Source: Promethearchaeota archaeon (lineage in GTDB: Archaea; Asgardarchaeota; Lokiarchaeia; Sigyniarchaeales; SOKP01). Taken from it: DNA of 29,936 nt. The stretch covers positions 1 through 29,936 of the forward strand of contig JAHLWH010000221.1 of NCBI GenBank assembly GCA_019058015.1, read 5' to 3'. Below the pieces are notes generated by a model. It was not told the origin of the DNA and ran no database searches. It was given only the letters and a program-made list of their open reading frames with translations. Below, in pieces: positions 1 to 8,744 of this stretch (position 1 is its first letter; each line of letters opens with the position of its first letter). A program made the position numbers and the translations under genes.

Positions 1-1
1 A

Positions 2-99
2 TTTTTTGTCATTTTGCTACTACTGACAACATGTCGGCAGTAATAATTTTTTGTCAGGATTTATTACTGATTTTTGTCATTTATTTATTACTGACAACA
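2..99. repeat. Array of imperfect repeats with TTGTCA-N12-TGACAA palindromes (putative operator array)
   Basis: TTGTCA(6-11)/TGACAA(24-29) and TTGTCA(74-79)/TGACAA(92-97), both with 12-nt spacers. Partial third copy at 51-70. TACTGACAACA is repeated at 21-31 and 89-99. Confidence 0.6.
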
Positions 100-513
100 C
101 CTTTTTTATTTAAATAATTAGAATTTAATCTGAAATTATAATGATGAATTTTAGAATTAATCACATGGGAATCAAAAATATTGCAATTAATGCACAATTT
201 GTGGATTCATAAGGAAAGGTTTATAATGGCAGATTATAAATCAATTTATCTACCCTTAATAAAACTATTTCTAATTTCTAAGATAATAGGTTATTTATTC
301 AAATAATTATAAAAAATGATTTAAAATATATTTTTTTATTTAGTTTTTCCCATTTGGAAATATTTTAGAAATTGAAGAATTAAATCTCCAATTTTAAATT
401 AAAGTTTTCATATTTGAAATTCAAATTTTATTTAAATTAAAAGAAAAAATTTTAGTAAATAGATTCAACTAATAATTATAAATACTAATAAAATTATTTC
501 TAGTTGATTTTTT

Positions 514-1962
514 ATGTCTTATGAAAAATTGGTTAAAACAAAAATTGTAGCTACACTTGGTCCTGCTTCTAATAATAAAGCTACCATTAAACGATTGATT
601 GATACAGGTGTGGATATTTTCCGATTAAATTTTTCTCATGGAACACATGAACAAAAAAAAGAAATATTTCAGATGATTCGAGAAGTAAATGATTATATTG
701 GAATCATGACAGATATTCAAGGACCGAAAATTAGAATTGGGCAGATAAAAGAACCGTTTATTATGAATGTAAATCAAAAAATAAAGATTTATGAGAAAAA
801 AGTTGAAGGAAATGAAGAACAATTCAGCATCCCATATGATGGTTTTCTTTCGGATATAAGCGTTGGAGATTTTATATTTATTAATGATGGAATCATTCGA
901 ATTGAGATTAAGAGTAAAGAAAAAGATCATGTAATCGGACAAGTGATTACAGGGGGGCCAATCTCCTCTAATAAAGGAGTTAATATCCCTTCTGGCGAAC
1001 TTAAGCAGAAAGTTCCAACTAAAAAAGATGTAGAAGATATGAAATTAATTGCAAAGCTTGATCCTGAATTTTTAGCTATTTCTTTTGTTGGAACAGCAGC
1101 TGATGTATTGAATGTTAAAAAATTGATGCAGAATTTTGGTAATTCAGAAATCAAATTAATTTCTAAAATTGAAAGACCGATAGCTTTAAAAAATTTTGCG
1201 CAGATATTAGATGTTTCTGATGGAATAATGGTTGCAAGAGGAGACCTGGGTGTTGAAATATCCCCAGACCTAGTTCCCCTCAAACAGAAGGAAATAATAA
1301 AACAATGTAACATCTTAGGAAAGCCTGTAATTACAGCTACACAGATGCTAGAATCGATGACAACAAATCCAATCCCTACTAGGGCAGAAGCAAATGATGT
1401 ATTCAACGCTGTATTCGACGGAACAGATGCTGTCATGCTTTCAGGTGAAACTGCTATGGGAAAATTCCCAATACAAAGTGTGAGTTATATGAACCGCATT
1501 GCTAATACTGCCTCTGAAATTATACCTCCACGAGCTCCTGATGAATTTGATTCTGAAAAACTACAACATACACAATTATTAGGTAGAGTTATCTTAGATC
1601 TTTCATATCAATTAGTAAATTTGAACTATCAAGGTAAGATTTTAGTTATTACCAGAAAAGGATTTGGTTGCCGGATGATTTCTAAATATAGACCACCACT
1701 ACCGATATATGCAATTACTCCGTTTAAAAGGACTGCAAGAGAATTGAATCTTTTATGGGGTGTAATGCCAATCCATATTACAGATGAAAATTTTTTTAAT
1801 CAACACGCAGAGGATATTATAAGTCAAGCAGTTCAATATGCGGTTGATCATGGACATTTTGAGTTAAATAATCATGTTATTATATTATTAGCTTCAAGAA
1901 AATATCCAGATTTTGGAAATCTAGTCGGATTTTATTATGTAAAAGAAATAATCAAAAAATAG
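514..1962 (+). CDS. pyk: Pyruvate kinase
   Basis: KTKIVATLGPAS, FRLNFSHG, DIQGPKIR, KGVNIP, SKIE, IMVARGDLGVE, ATQMLESM, PTRAEANDV and DAVMLSGETA motifs. Confidence 0.98.
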   Translation: MSYEKLVKTKIVATLGPASNNKATIKRLIDTGVDIFRLNFSHGTHEQKKEIFQMIREVNDYIGIMTDIQGPKIRIGQIKEPFIMNVNQKIKIYEKKVEGNEEQFSIPYDGFLSDISVGDFIFINDGIIRIEIKSKEKDHVIGQVITGGPISSNKGVNIPSGELKQKVPTKKDVEDMKLIAKLDPEFLAISFVGTAADVLNVKKLMQNFGNSEIKLISKIERPIALKNFAQILDVSDGIMVARGDLGVEISPDLVPLKQKEIIKQCNILGKPVITATQMLESMTTNPIPTRAEANDVFNAVFDGTDAVMLSGETAMGKFPIQSVSYMNRIANTASEIIPPRAPDEFDSEKLQHTQLLGRVILDLSYQLVNLNYQGKILVITRKGFGCRMISKYRPPLPIYAITPFKRTARELNLLWGVMPIHITDENFFNQHAEDIISQAVQYAVDHGHFELNNHVIILLASRKYPDFGNLVGFYYVKEIIKK

Positions 1963-1988
1963 AAAGAAATAATAATTTTTGGTTTTTT

Positions 1989-2801
1989 TTATTTTGTTTC
2001 TCTTTTCTTTTTAATCTTCAGATCGTATGCAATGTATAATATAATTCCGACTAAAATAATTGTTAGTCCAATTATCCACATAAAATATTCAAATTCTGTT
2101 TGACTGGTCCAAGTCCAACCCCATGCATGTGAAAAAAAGTCGAATGGAAGGAAAAACAACATTAAAAATAGCATTGATGTATCGATTATACTAGCAAAAA
2201 TTAAGATTTCAAATGTTCTAATTTGTTCTCGTTCTCCAATTAAAGTACTAATCAGGTTTGAAATTTGTTTATTTTTAAATATTATACTCATAAGAGCTGA
2301 AATTACGATAATTTCTATCCATGCTTTAATTAAAATTTCAATAACTATAGCTTCTGGCATTCCTATAACGATATTTAAATCCCATATCGTGAAAATCATT
2401 TCAGGAATATAACCTATAATTCCTGAAATTAAAATTGCAAATATTTTTTTATAATTATTTTGTTTAAAGAATGGAATTTTTTCATTTAGAATATAATAAA
2501 TAAATCCGACAGAGAATCCAGTTAAAATTTTTCCTGGGATCAAAGCTGGATTTGCAAAACGAAAAGCAGGAATAAGCCCTACTATAGCTCCTGCTATTGA
2601 ACCTAATATAGGTCCACCACTTAAAGCTACAATATATGTACCTATATGTGACAAATCAATTGCGACACCGGGACCTATTGGTAACGTATATACTGATAAA
2701 AATGCTAAAACCACGCCCAATGCACTCATTACGCTTAAAAATGCGATAGATTTCGAGTTAAGATAGCTTTTAGGAAGTATTTCTTTTGATTCTGGCTCCA
2801 T
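1989..2801 (-). CDS. ECF transporter S-component-like membrane protein with C-terminal TM extension
   Basis: Hydrophobic. N-terminal 'IAFLSVMSALGVVL...IDLSHIGTYIVALSGGPILGSIAGAIVG' pattern is typical of S components. Substrate not assignable. Confidence 0.7.
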   Translation of the reverse strand: MEPESKEILPKSYLNSKSIAFLSVMSALGVVLAFLSVYTLPIGPGVAIDLSHIGTYIVALSGGPILGSIAGAIVGLIPAFRFANPALIPGKILTGFSVGFIYYILNEKIPFFKQNNYKKIFAILISGIIGYIPEMIFTIWDLNIVIGMPEAIVIEILIKAWIEIIVISALMSIIFKNKQISNLISTLIGEREQIRTFEILIFASIIDTSMLFLMLFFLPFDFFSHAWGWTWTSQTEFEYFMWIIGLTIILVGIILYIAYDLKIKKKRETK

Positions 2802-3050
2802 TTTTAATCCAATTTAAAGAAATGATTTTTATTAAATTATTAAATATAAAAATATCCCATTCTATAAAAAGAATTACTCAAATTATCCCTAACTTTTACT
2901 CATTTTAAGGTAGCCTAAATTATTTAATTTTACGCTAAAATGAAGAATTTTTTTAAAATTTCGCAATAAAAAAATTTTAATAGTATTCTAATTCGATGAT
3001 TTTCAACTAATTCCTTAAAAAATTTGAAATATTTATAGAATTAAATAATT

Positions 3051-3665
3051 ATGGAGAACAACAATAATCTTTTTGATAAACTTCTTAAATTTACACATGG
3101 GAGTGTTTATGGTATATCATCAGTTGTAATTGGACTTTTATTTAGCACTATTGCATTAATCTTATTTCCAAACTATAATTTTCTTCTCAATATGATAAGC
3201 GAATTGGGTGTAGGCCCAGGTGGAATTTTTTTTAATTTAGGATTAATTTTAGCTGGAATATTGGCAATTCCATTTTTTATTTATTTTGGTCGAGTTCTTA
3301 GAAGTAATAACACTAACGACAGGCTTGAAAAAAGTGCAGTGAGTATTTCCATTATTTCTTGCATTTCTTTTTCGCTTATCGGATGTTTTCCGGTAATACA
3401 GAATAATAATATTGTTTTATTTATTCATGGCACTTTTGCTTTGATAAATTGGATATGTGAGATTCTTTATTTAACTCTTTATAGCATTTTAATTTTAAAA
3501 AATTCAAAATTTTCAAAATTACAAGCTTTTCATGGTTTTATTGGTATTGGTGTAATCGTGTTTAACTTATTTACATGGTGGCCGATAACAGAATGGGCTG
3601 TAACATTTATAATTACATCTTGGATCCTTGTTAATGCAATATATATGTTTTATAAGAAATTATAA
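3051..3665 (+). CDS. DUF998-family membrane protein
   Basis: 'PNYNFLLNMISELG...FFNLGLILAG...GCFP...IHG' pattern; about 6 TM helices. Confidence 0.75.
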   Translation: MENNNNLFDKLLKFTHGSVYGISSVVIGLLFSTIALILFPNYNFLLNMISELGVGPGGIFFNLGLILAGILAIPFFIYFGRVLRSNNTNDRLEKSAVSISIISCISFSLIGCFPVIQNNNIVLFIHGTFALINWICEILYLTLYSILILKNSKFSKLQAFHGFIGIGVIVFNLFTWWPITEWAVTFIITSWILVNAIYMFYKKL

Positions 3666-3692
3666 AAGACTACTTTAAAGGCATCTTAATCT

Positions 3693-4958
3693 CTATTTTT
3701 TCAAAACTTGCTTCTCTTTCGAATCAAGTTGTAGCCAATCGCTTATTTCCTTTTTCATTTTTATTGATTTCGAGGATAATAATTTGAGAAATGGAATTGC
3801 AGTTCTTGTTGCTTCAATAGAGGATATTTCATATACATCCTCAATTTTTTTTGCTAAAGAAAGTTTATCTCTGCCAATTCTGCTTGAAATAATTTCAGGA
3901 AAAGTAGTTTTTACAAATTTTGGTGTATAGCTCCTCTTTTTTGCAAGAGAAACACCTCCACCAAATAAATCAAAAAAATAAGGCAGTAAAGCCCAATTTT
4001 GATATTTTCTTATTCGACCAAATATTTGGTCTGCAGTGGAAATATTCTCAAATGCCTCGACCAGTTCATCATTTAAATTAATATATTTCGGCAAATTTTC
4101 ATTAACCCATCTATATAATAAACTATAATCCACATCTGATTTATCAAGTAATCTTTTTGCATCGATTAGTGTTTTTACTTCTGTAAATAGAGACCGTATT
4201 AGAGAAAAAATAACTTCAGAGGTATCTCTTTGAAGTTCATCTATATTTCTAAGAGATTCAGCGCTTCTTCCACCTTGCATTAATCCTTGGAGATCATTTA
4301 TGGAAGCACGTAGATCACCTTTGTTCTTTTGAGTAATAGAAATTAAATCTTTAGGTTTAAAATCATGAATATTTTCTTTTTTAAGGATTTTTTCTAGTAT
4401 TTTAATAACAGATTCCTCAGATAAGGGTTGAACTTCAAATTTTTTTACTTTTTTATAAATTGGATTTAAACTTCTCTTATATTCATTAGCGATCATGATA
4501 ATTGGAAATTCACTATTAGTCATAATTTCTAAAACAGTTGGAATTGCTCCTTTATCACTAACTCCATAAATTCCATCTATTTCATCAATAAGGATAATTT
4601 TATTTTTAGATTTAGATATAAAATCCATCATATCTCTTGCCTTGGAAGCTTCATCTAATTTCCTTTTTAGAGACCGCTGTGTTCGAGTATCAGATGCATT
4701 TGTTTCTATTACTTGCATATTTAGATCATTGGCTATAGCATAAACAACCGAAGTTTTTCCAATGCCTGGTGGTCCTTCAAGTAATATTGCCTTTTCTTTA
4801 CTATCTTTTTTAAAATTTTTGATGAATTTAATTAGCTCATCAATTAAATCGATTTTTTGTCTATTTACTTTTGCAACGGGCTTTGCCATATCCCTAATTG
4901 ATTTAGGTCTATACTTTTCCACCCAGGGCAATTCTGTTTTTTTTTCTTTCTGTTTCAA
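3693..4958 (-). CDS. rfcL: Replication factor C large subunit
   Basis: PWVEKYRP, GPPGIGKTS, NASDTR, DEIDG, GDLRASINDLQ, WVNEN and ADQIFGRI motifs; TTG start. Confidence 0.95.
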   Translation of the reverse strand: MKQKEKKTELPWVEKYRPKSIRDMAKPVAKVNRQKIDLIDELIKFIKNFKKDSKEKAILLEGPPGIGKTSVVYAIANDLNMQVIETNASDTRTQRSLKRKLDEASKARDMMDFISKSKNKIILIDEIDGIYGVSDKGAIPTVLEIMTNSEFPIIMIANEYKRSLNPIYKKVKKFEVQPLSEESVIKILEKILKKENIHDFKPKDLISITQKNKGDLRASINDLQGLMQGGRSAESLRNIDELQRDTSEVIFSLIRSLFTEVKTLIDAKRLLDKSDVDYSLLYRWVNENLPKYINLNDELVEAFENISTADQIFGRIRKYQNWALLPYFFDLFGGGVSLAKKRSYTPKFVKTTFPEIISSRIGRDKLSLAKKIEDVYEISSIEATRTAIPFLKLLSSKSIKMKKEISDWLQLDSKEKQVLKK

Positions 4959-4985
4959 TATTGATTCCTTTTTATTAAATTTCCA

Positions 4986-6032
4986 TTAGATTTTTTCAAA
5001 TAAAAGACATAATTTAGATACTAAATTCGATAATTGAATATCAGGATCCAAGCCATCTATACTTTTAAAATCAGCCTCGGCAATATGATTAATATATTGA
5101 ATTTTGATAGATTTACTTAAAGGCAATATAAATATCTCATCTAATAATTTTTTATATACTTCTTGCGCAGAATAGTTAAATTCTCTTCGAATTGCTCTCA
5201 ATTGTGCTCTAATGGCAGAAAAATCGCTTTTTAAAATAAGTTTTAACAATTCTTTTATTTTCTTATCCTTAGTACTATTGATTACTTCGTATAATACTTC
5301 TGAATTAATATTAGTTGATAACATTGCAGATAATTGCAAGATATTAATTGCTTTATTTATATGACCCTCTGAATATTTATAAAGAATTTTAAGTGCAGGC
5401 TCATTTATGTTAATATCTTCTTTTTTTGATACTCCCTTAATAAAATCACTATAGTTTTTAAATTCCACAGGAGGGATAAATAAAATTTGACAACGAGAAA
5501 TGATCGGATCAATAATTGTTGAGATTTTAGAAGTAATTAGAATCATTCTACAATTAGATCCATAAGTTTCCATAAGCCTTCTAAAGCCTTGTTGAAATTG
5601 TCCTAAAGCTTCAAAATTTTTAACAACTAATATTTTAAAGGGAGCTTCTCCAAGTACTCTTATTTGAATAAAAGGTTTTACTTTTATGTCCAGAAATGGA
5701 TGGATATATCTTTTCTTCCCTGCTCGACTTCCAATCATCCCTGTAGAAAAGGTTGATCTAATTCCAGCTTGCTCTCTTTCTTCTTTGGATATGGGTACGT
5801 CTGCAAAAAGAGTTTTCAAATTAAATTCATAAGATCCTCCTAAAAATTCTTTAGCAAAACATTTTCCAATAGTAGTTTTTCCAACTCCGTGATAGCCAGT
5901 CAAAAGTAAATGAGGGAAATTTTTTTTTGAAATATACTCTTTTAATTGAAATTTAATTTGTTCTCTACCACAAATTTCACTTAAAGTTTTTGGTTTGTAT
6001 TTAACCGACCAAACGGGAGAATTAATAGTCAT
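4986..6032 (-). CDS. rfcS: Replication factor C small subunit, divergent second paralog (degenerate Walker B)
   Basis: WSVKYKP, FPHLLLTGYHGVGKTT, QQGFRRLME, DPIISRC and a collar domain. Walker B reads VVKNFE instead of DEAD. Confidence 0.88.
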   Translation of the reverse strand: MTINSPVWSVKYKPKTLSEICGREQIKFQLKEYISKKNFPHLLLTGYHGVGKTTIGKCFAKEFLGGSYEFNLKTLFADVPISKEEREQAGIRSTFSTGMIGSRAGKKRYIHPFLDIKVKPFIQIRVLGEAPFKILVVKNFEALGQFQQGFRRLMETYGSNCRMILITSKISTIIDPIISRCQILFIPPVEFKNYSDFIKGVSKKEDININEPALKILYKYSEGHINKAINILQLSAMLSTNINSEVLYEVINSTKDKKIKELLKLILKSDFSAIRAQLRAIRREFNYSAQEVYKKLLDEIFILPLSKSIKIQYINHIAEADFKSIDGLDPDIQLSNLVSKLCLLFEKI

Positions 6033-6038
6033 TGTTAT

Positions 6039-7037
6039 TTATCTCAACTCCCTACTGATCGTATTAAATAATGCATTTAATTGAATTTCTGAATTAGAAC
6101 CTTGAGTTATTCTAAATTCGTATTCTCCAAGGTAGTTATAAATTTTTGCTAAATTTATATTATTTAAACCCTTCTCTTGAGATATTTTTAATAGCACTTG
6201 TCTTATTAAATTTCTACTTGAGTATCCCCTAAGACTTTTAACTATCTCTTTTAAATCATCAATTTTTCTTAGTTTTAAAGCATTAAATAATTTTTCCAAG
6301 ATTTCTGGTTTGAAATAGCCCGAGATCGAATAAATTTCATCAAGTTTTAGGTCATCAATAATTTCTAAAGCAACAGTCATTTGTAATGTATTTATTGCTT
6401 TTCTAAGATCTCCCTCACTGATGAAAAATAATATATCTAACAATTTATCTTGATTCTTTATAGTGATGTTTTCTTTCTTTAGTATAAATTTTAAACGAGA
6501 AATTATTTTCTCTTTATTTAATGGTGTAAATCTTAAAACTGCACATCTTGAAATAAGTGGATCTATAATTCGGTTTATATTATTACACAAGAATATAAAA
6601 ATTACATTTCCTGAAGATTTTTCTATGATTCTTCTTAATGCCTGCTGAACAGTTCCAGGTATATTATCTGCCTCATCAAGAATCACAATTTTACCATGAT
6701 TCTCTTCCGAATCTAGTGAAATTAATGATTGATTAACAAATTTTTTTAAAATATTCCTAACATATTCCATCCTGACATTATCAGAGGCATTTAATTCTAG
6801 AAGAAGCCCTTTCTTTTTACAATCATTACCTAATAATTTATGTGTTAAAATTAAAGCCGAACTTGTTTTACCTGTTCCCGCAGGACCAGTAAAAATAAGA
6901 TGAGGAACTGTTTTACTATTAATAAATCTTTTTAAATTATTAATTGCGAGATTCTGGCTAATAATATCCTCGAATTCCTGTGGTCTATATTTCTCAATCC
7001 AAGGAACATCTAATAAGGATTCATTATCCAATGCCAT
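6039..7037 (-). CDS. rfcS: Replication factor C small subunit (canonical)
   Basis: PWIEKYRP, GPAGTGKTS, LELNASD, ILDEAD, QQALRR, DPLISRC and GDLRKAINTLQ motifs. Confidence 0.95.
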   Translation of the reverse strand: MALDNESLLDVPWIEKYRPQEFEDIISQNLAINNLKRFINSKTVPHLIFTGPAGTGKTSSALILTHKLLGNDCKKKGLLLELNASDNVRMEYVRNILKKFVNQSLISLDSEENHGKIVILDEADNIPGTVQQALRRIIEKSSGNVIFIFLCNNINRIIDPLISRCAVLRFTPLNKEKIISRLKFILKKENITIKNQDKLLDILFFISEGDLRKAINTLQMTVALEIIDDLKLDEIYSISGYFKPEILEKLFNALKLRKIDDLKEIVKSLRGYSSRNLIRQVLLKISQEKGLNNINLAKIYNYLGEYEFRITQGSNSEIQLNALFNTISRELR

Positions 7038-7061
7038 TAAATTAAATTCTCCATCAACTTA

Positions 7062-7511
7062 TCAGAATTTTAATTCCAGTACTACATATTTCTTTTTAAA
7101 TTTATATTTTTCATAAAGCTTAGCTGCTTTAATCGCTTCTTCTTTAAGATTTATTTTAACTCTTTGAACTTTGATTTTCTTTAGATGATTTAGAGCCTCT
7201 TGTAGCAAATATTCTCCAACTCCTTTTCCTCTATACTTTGGACTTACAAAAACTAACTTAATATATCCTTCACTTAAGCCATAGGGATCAACCCTCAATT
7301 CAGCGACGATCATCCCTGCTGGTTCGCCAGTTTCTACATTTTCTGCTAAGAAGATGCCATGTCTTTGTAAGGGATCATATAACCTACGTAATATACCCCA
7401 ATCAAATCTCTTTTCGTCAAAATCTTCTCCTAAATCAGAAACAAGTTGACTAACAAATTGTTTTAACGCCTCTCTATCATCAGGAGTTCCGACTCGAATA
7501 CGAACGTCCAT
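7062..7511 (-). CDS. GNAT family N-acetyltransferase
   Basis: Acetyl-CoA motif A 'VFVSPKYRGKGVGEYLL' and C-terminal 'AAKLYEKYKF'. Confidence 0.9.
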   Translation of the reverse strand: MDVRIRVGTPDDREALKQFVSQLVSDLGEDFDEKRFDWGILRRLYDPLQRHGIFLAENVETGEPAGMIVAELRVDPYGLSEGYIKLVFVSPKYRGKGVGEYLLQEALNHLKKIKVQRVKINLKEEAIKAAKLYEKYKFKKKYVVLELKF

Positions 7512-7632
7512 ATTATGATACCTATAAAATATTTATAAAGATATATAAAAAATATCTCTTTAATCATTTATTAATTTTTAATTGATTGTTCTATTTTCAA
7601 AATAAAAGGAATAAAAAAGTGAAAAACTTTTT

Positions 7633-7899
7633 TCACCCGCCCCCCCTTTTAATCCATTCTGCAACTTCTGGATCTTCAGTACCACATGATGGACATTTAC
7701 TACGAATACCATATACATCTAATGATAGATGCACCCGTGTTAATAGAGCGCCACAATTCTTGCAAGTGATATACTTTGCACCGCAATCCTCGCATAATTT
7801 CAAGTTTGTGTCAGTTACAAAGTTGTACCTTCGTTTTAGAATACTATCATTTACGATTCTAAAGATTGTGCCACCACACTCATCACATTTGTCTTCCAT
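7633..7899 (-). CDS. Small zinc-ribbon protein (4x CxxC)
   Basis: CDEC, CEDC, CKNC and CPSC, each followed by G. Confidence 0.8.
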   Translation of the reverse strand: MEDKCDECGGTIFRIVNDSILKRRYNFVTDTNLKLCEDCGAKYITCKNCGALLTRVHLSLDVYGIRSKCPSCGTEDPEVAEWIKRGGG

Positions 7900-8056
7900 T
7901 CTAAATCATATTTTTTTTAGTTCGAAATTTTTATGAATAAAAATAAATGATTCCTAAGATATAAAAAAAGATAAGATTTTTAATGATTTCCAATTAATTA
8001 CATTCCAATATTTTTTTTTCTTAAAAATTAATGTAAAAATAGTAAAAAAAAAAATA

Positions 8057-8377
8057 TTAATCCATTTTTAACTTCTTCATTTGTGCTTGAGCTTTCGGGT
8101 TTATCTCTTCCAGAGTTCTTATAAGCTGAACAACTTTATCATCTGCAAGTGCTTCTGAGAAGAGTAAAAGATTTTCAAAAGAACCAATAAAAAGTCCCTT
8201 ACGCTTTATTGGCTTACCATCTGATTTTATTGGATTTATCTCTAAAAATAGAAGGGCTGGGCGCGTTTTTGTAGCAGGCACTTTCACTACATAAACTCCT
8301 GGAATTGGAGTCTCCATTTTTCCCCAATCTTCTGCACCTTTTAGATGTTCTCTGAGTTGTAATTTAATATCTGCCAT
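8057..8377 (-). CDS. Conserved archaeal hypothetical protein, possibly PC4-like nucleic-acid binding
   Basis: Likely start is MADIK at 8377, since the ORF-track extension to 8428 looks non-coding. 'LEINP...GKPIKRKGLFI' followed by a helix. Confidence 0.7.
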   Translation of the reverse strand: MADIKLQLREHLKGAEDWGKMETPIPGVYVVKVPATKTRPALLFLEINPIKSDGKPIKRKGLFIGSFENLLLFSEALADDKVVQLIRTLEEINPKAQAQMKKLKMD

Positions 8378-8540
8378 ATTTATTATCACTTCATTTGTTA
8401 TATGTACCTTACATATAATATGTAACATATAAATCTTCTGAAAAATTTTAAATTTCTAATTTTTCTAGAGATCTAATATTCTTAAAAATGAACAATTTAA
8501 TAAAGAAATAAAAAAGATTTTAATATTTGACTATTTTAAT

Positions 8541-8732
8541 TCATACATCACCAGGGTGCGCCAAATTCTCTTGAGATTTTTTAAATAATTCTTCTAATAA
8601 AAATTCTTTTTTAATTAAATCTCGAACTGCCACACGAATAGCTTCTGATCTATTTGGAAATCGACCTTCGGCTACAAAAACTTCCAATATTTCTAAGTAT
8701 TTTTCAGGTAAGCAAACAGAAGAGAGTTGAAT
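8541..8732 (-). CDS. Ribbon-helix-helix (CopG/CdrS-like) transcription regulator, 63 aa, non-canonical ATT start
   Basis: Manual translation: (M)QLSSVCLPEKYLEILEVFVAEGRFPNRSEAIRVAVRDLIKKEFLLEELFKKSQENLAHPGDV*. Absent from the ORF track. Confidence 0.85.
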   Translation of the reverse strand: MQLSSVCLPEKYLEILEVFVAEGRFPNRSEAIRVAVRDLIKKEFLLEELFKKSQENLAHPGDV

Positions 8733-8738
8733 TATTTT

Positions 8739-8744
8739 TCACCT
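8739..8744 (-). promoter_or_regulatory. Shine-Dalgarno AGGTGA for the RHH gene
   Basis: Archaeal SD consensus, 6 nt upstream of ATT at 8732. Confidence 0.6.

Noticed and set aside
2-99. CRISPR array interpretation of the start repeats
   Set aside because: Repeats are short and degenerate, with no 30-40-nt unique spacers and no cas genes.
340-430. ORB-like strings (TTCCCATTTGGAAA, TTCATATTTGAAA) suggesting a replication origin
   Set aside because: No G-string, weak match in AT-rich DNA, and no cdc6/orc1 gene in the window.
625-1436. Minus-strand ORFs 625-942 and 927-1436
   Set aside because: Antisense shadows of pyk with no motifs.
4762-7936. Plus-strand ORFs 4762-4989, 6463-6648 and 7586-7936
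   Set aside because: Antisense to well-supported RFC and Zn-ribbon genes.
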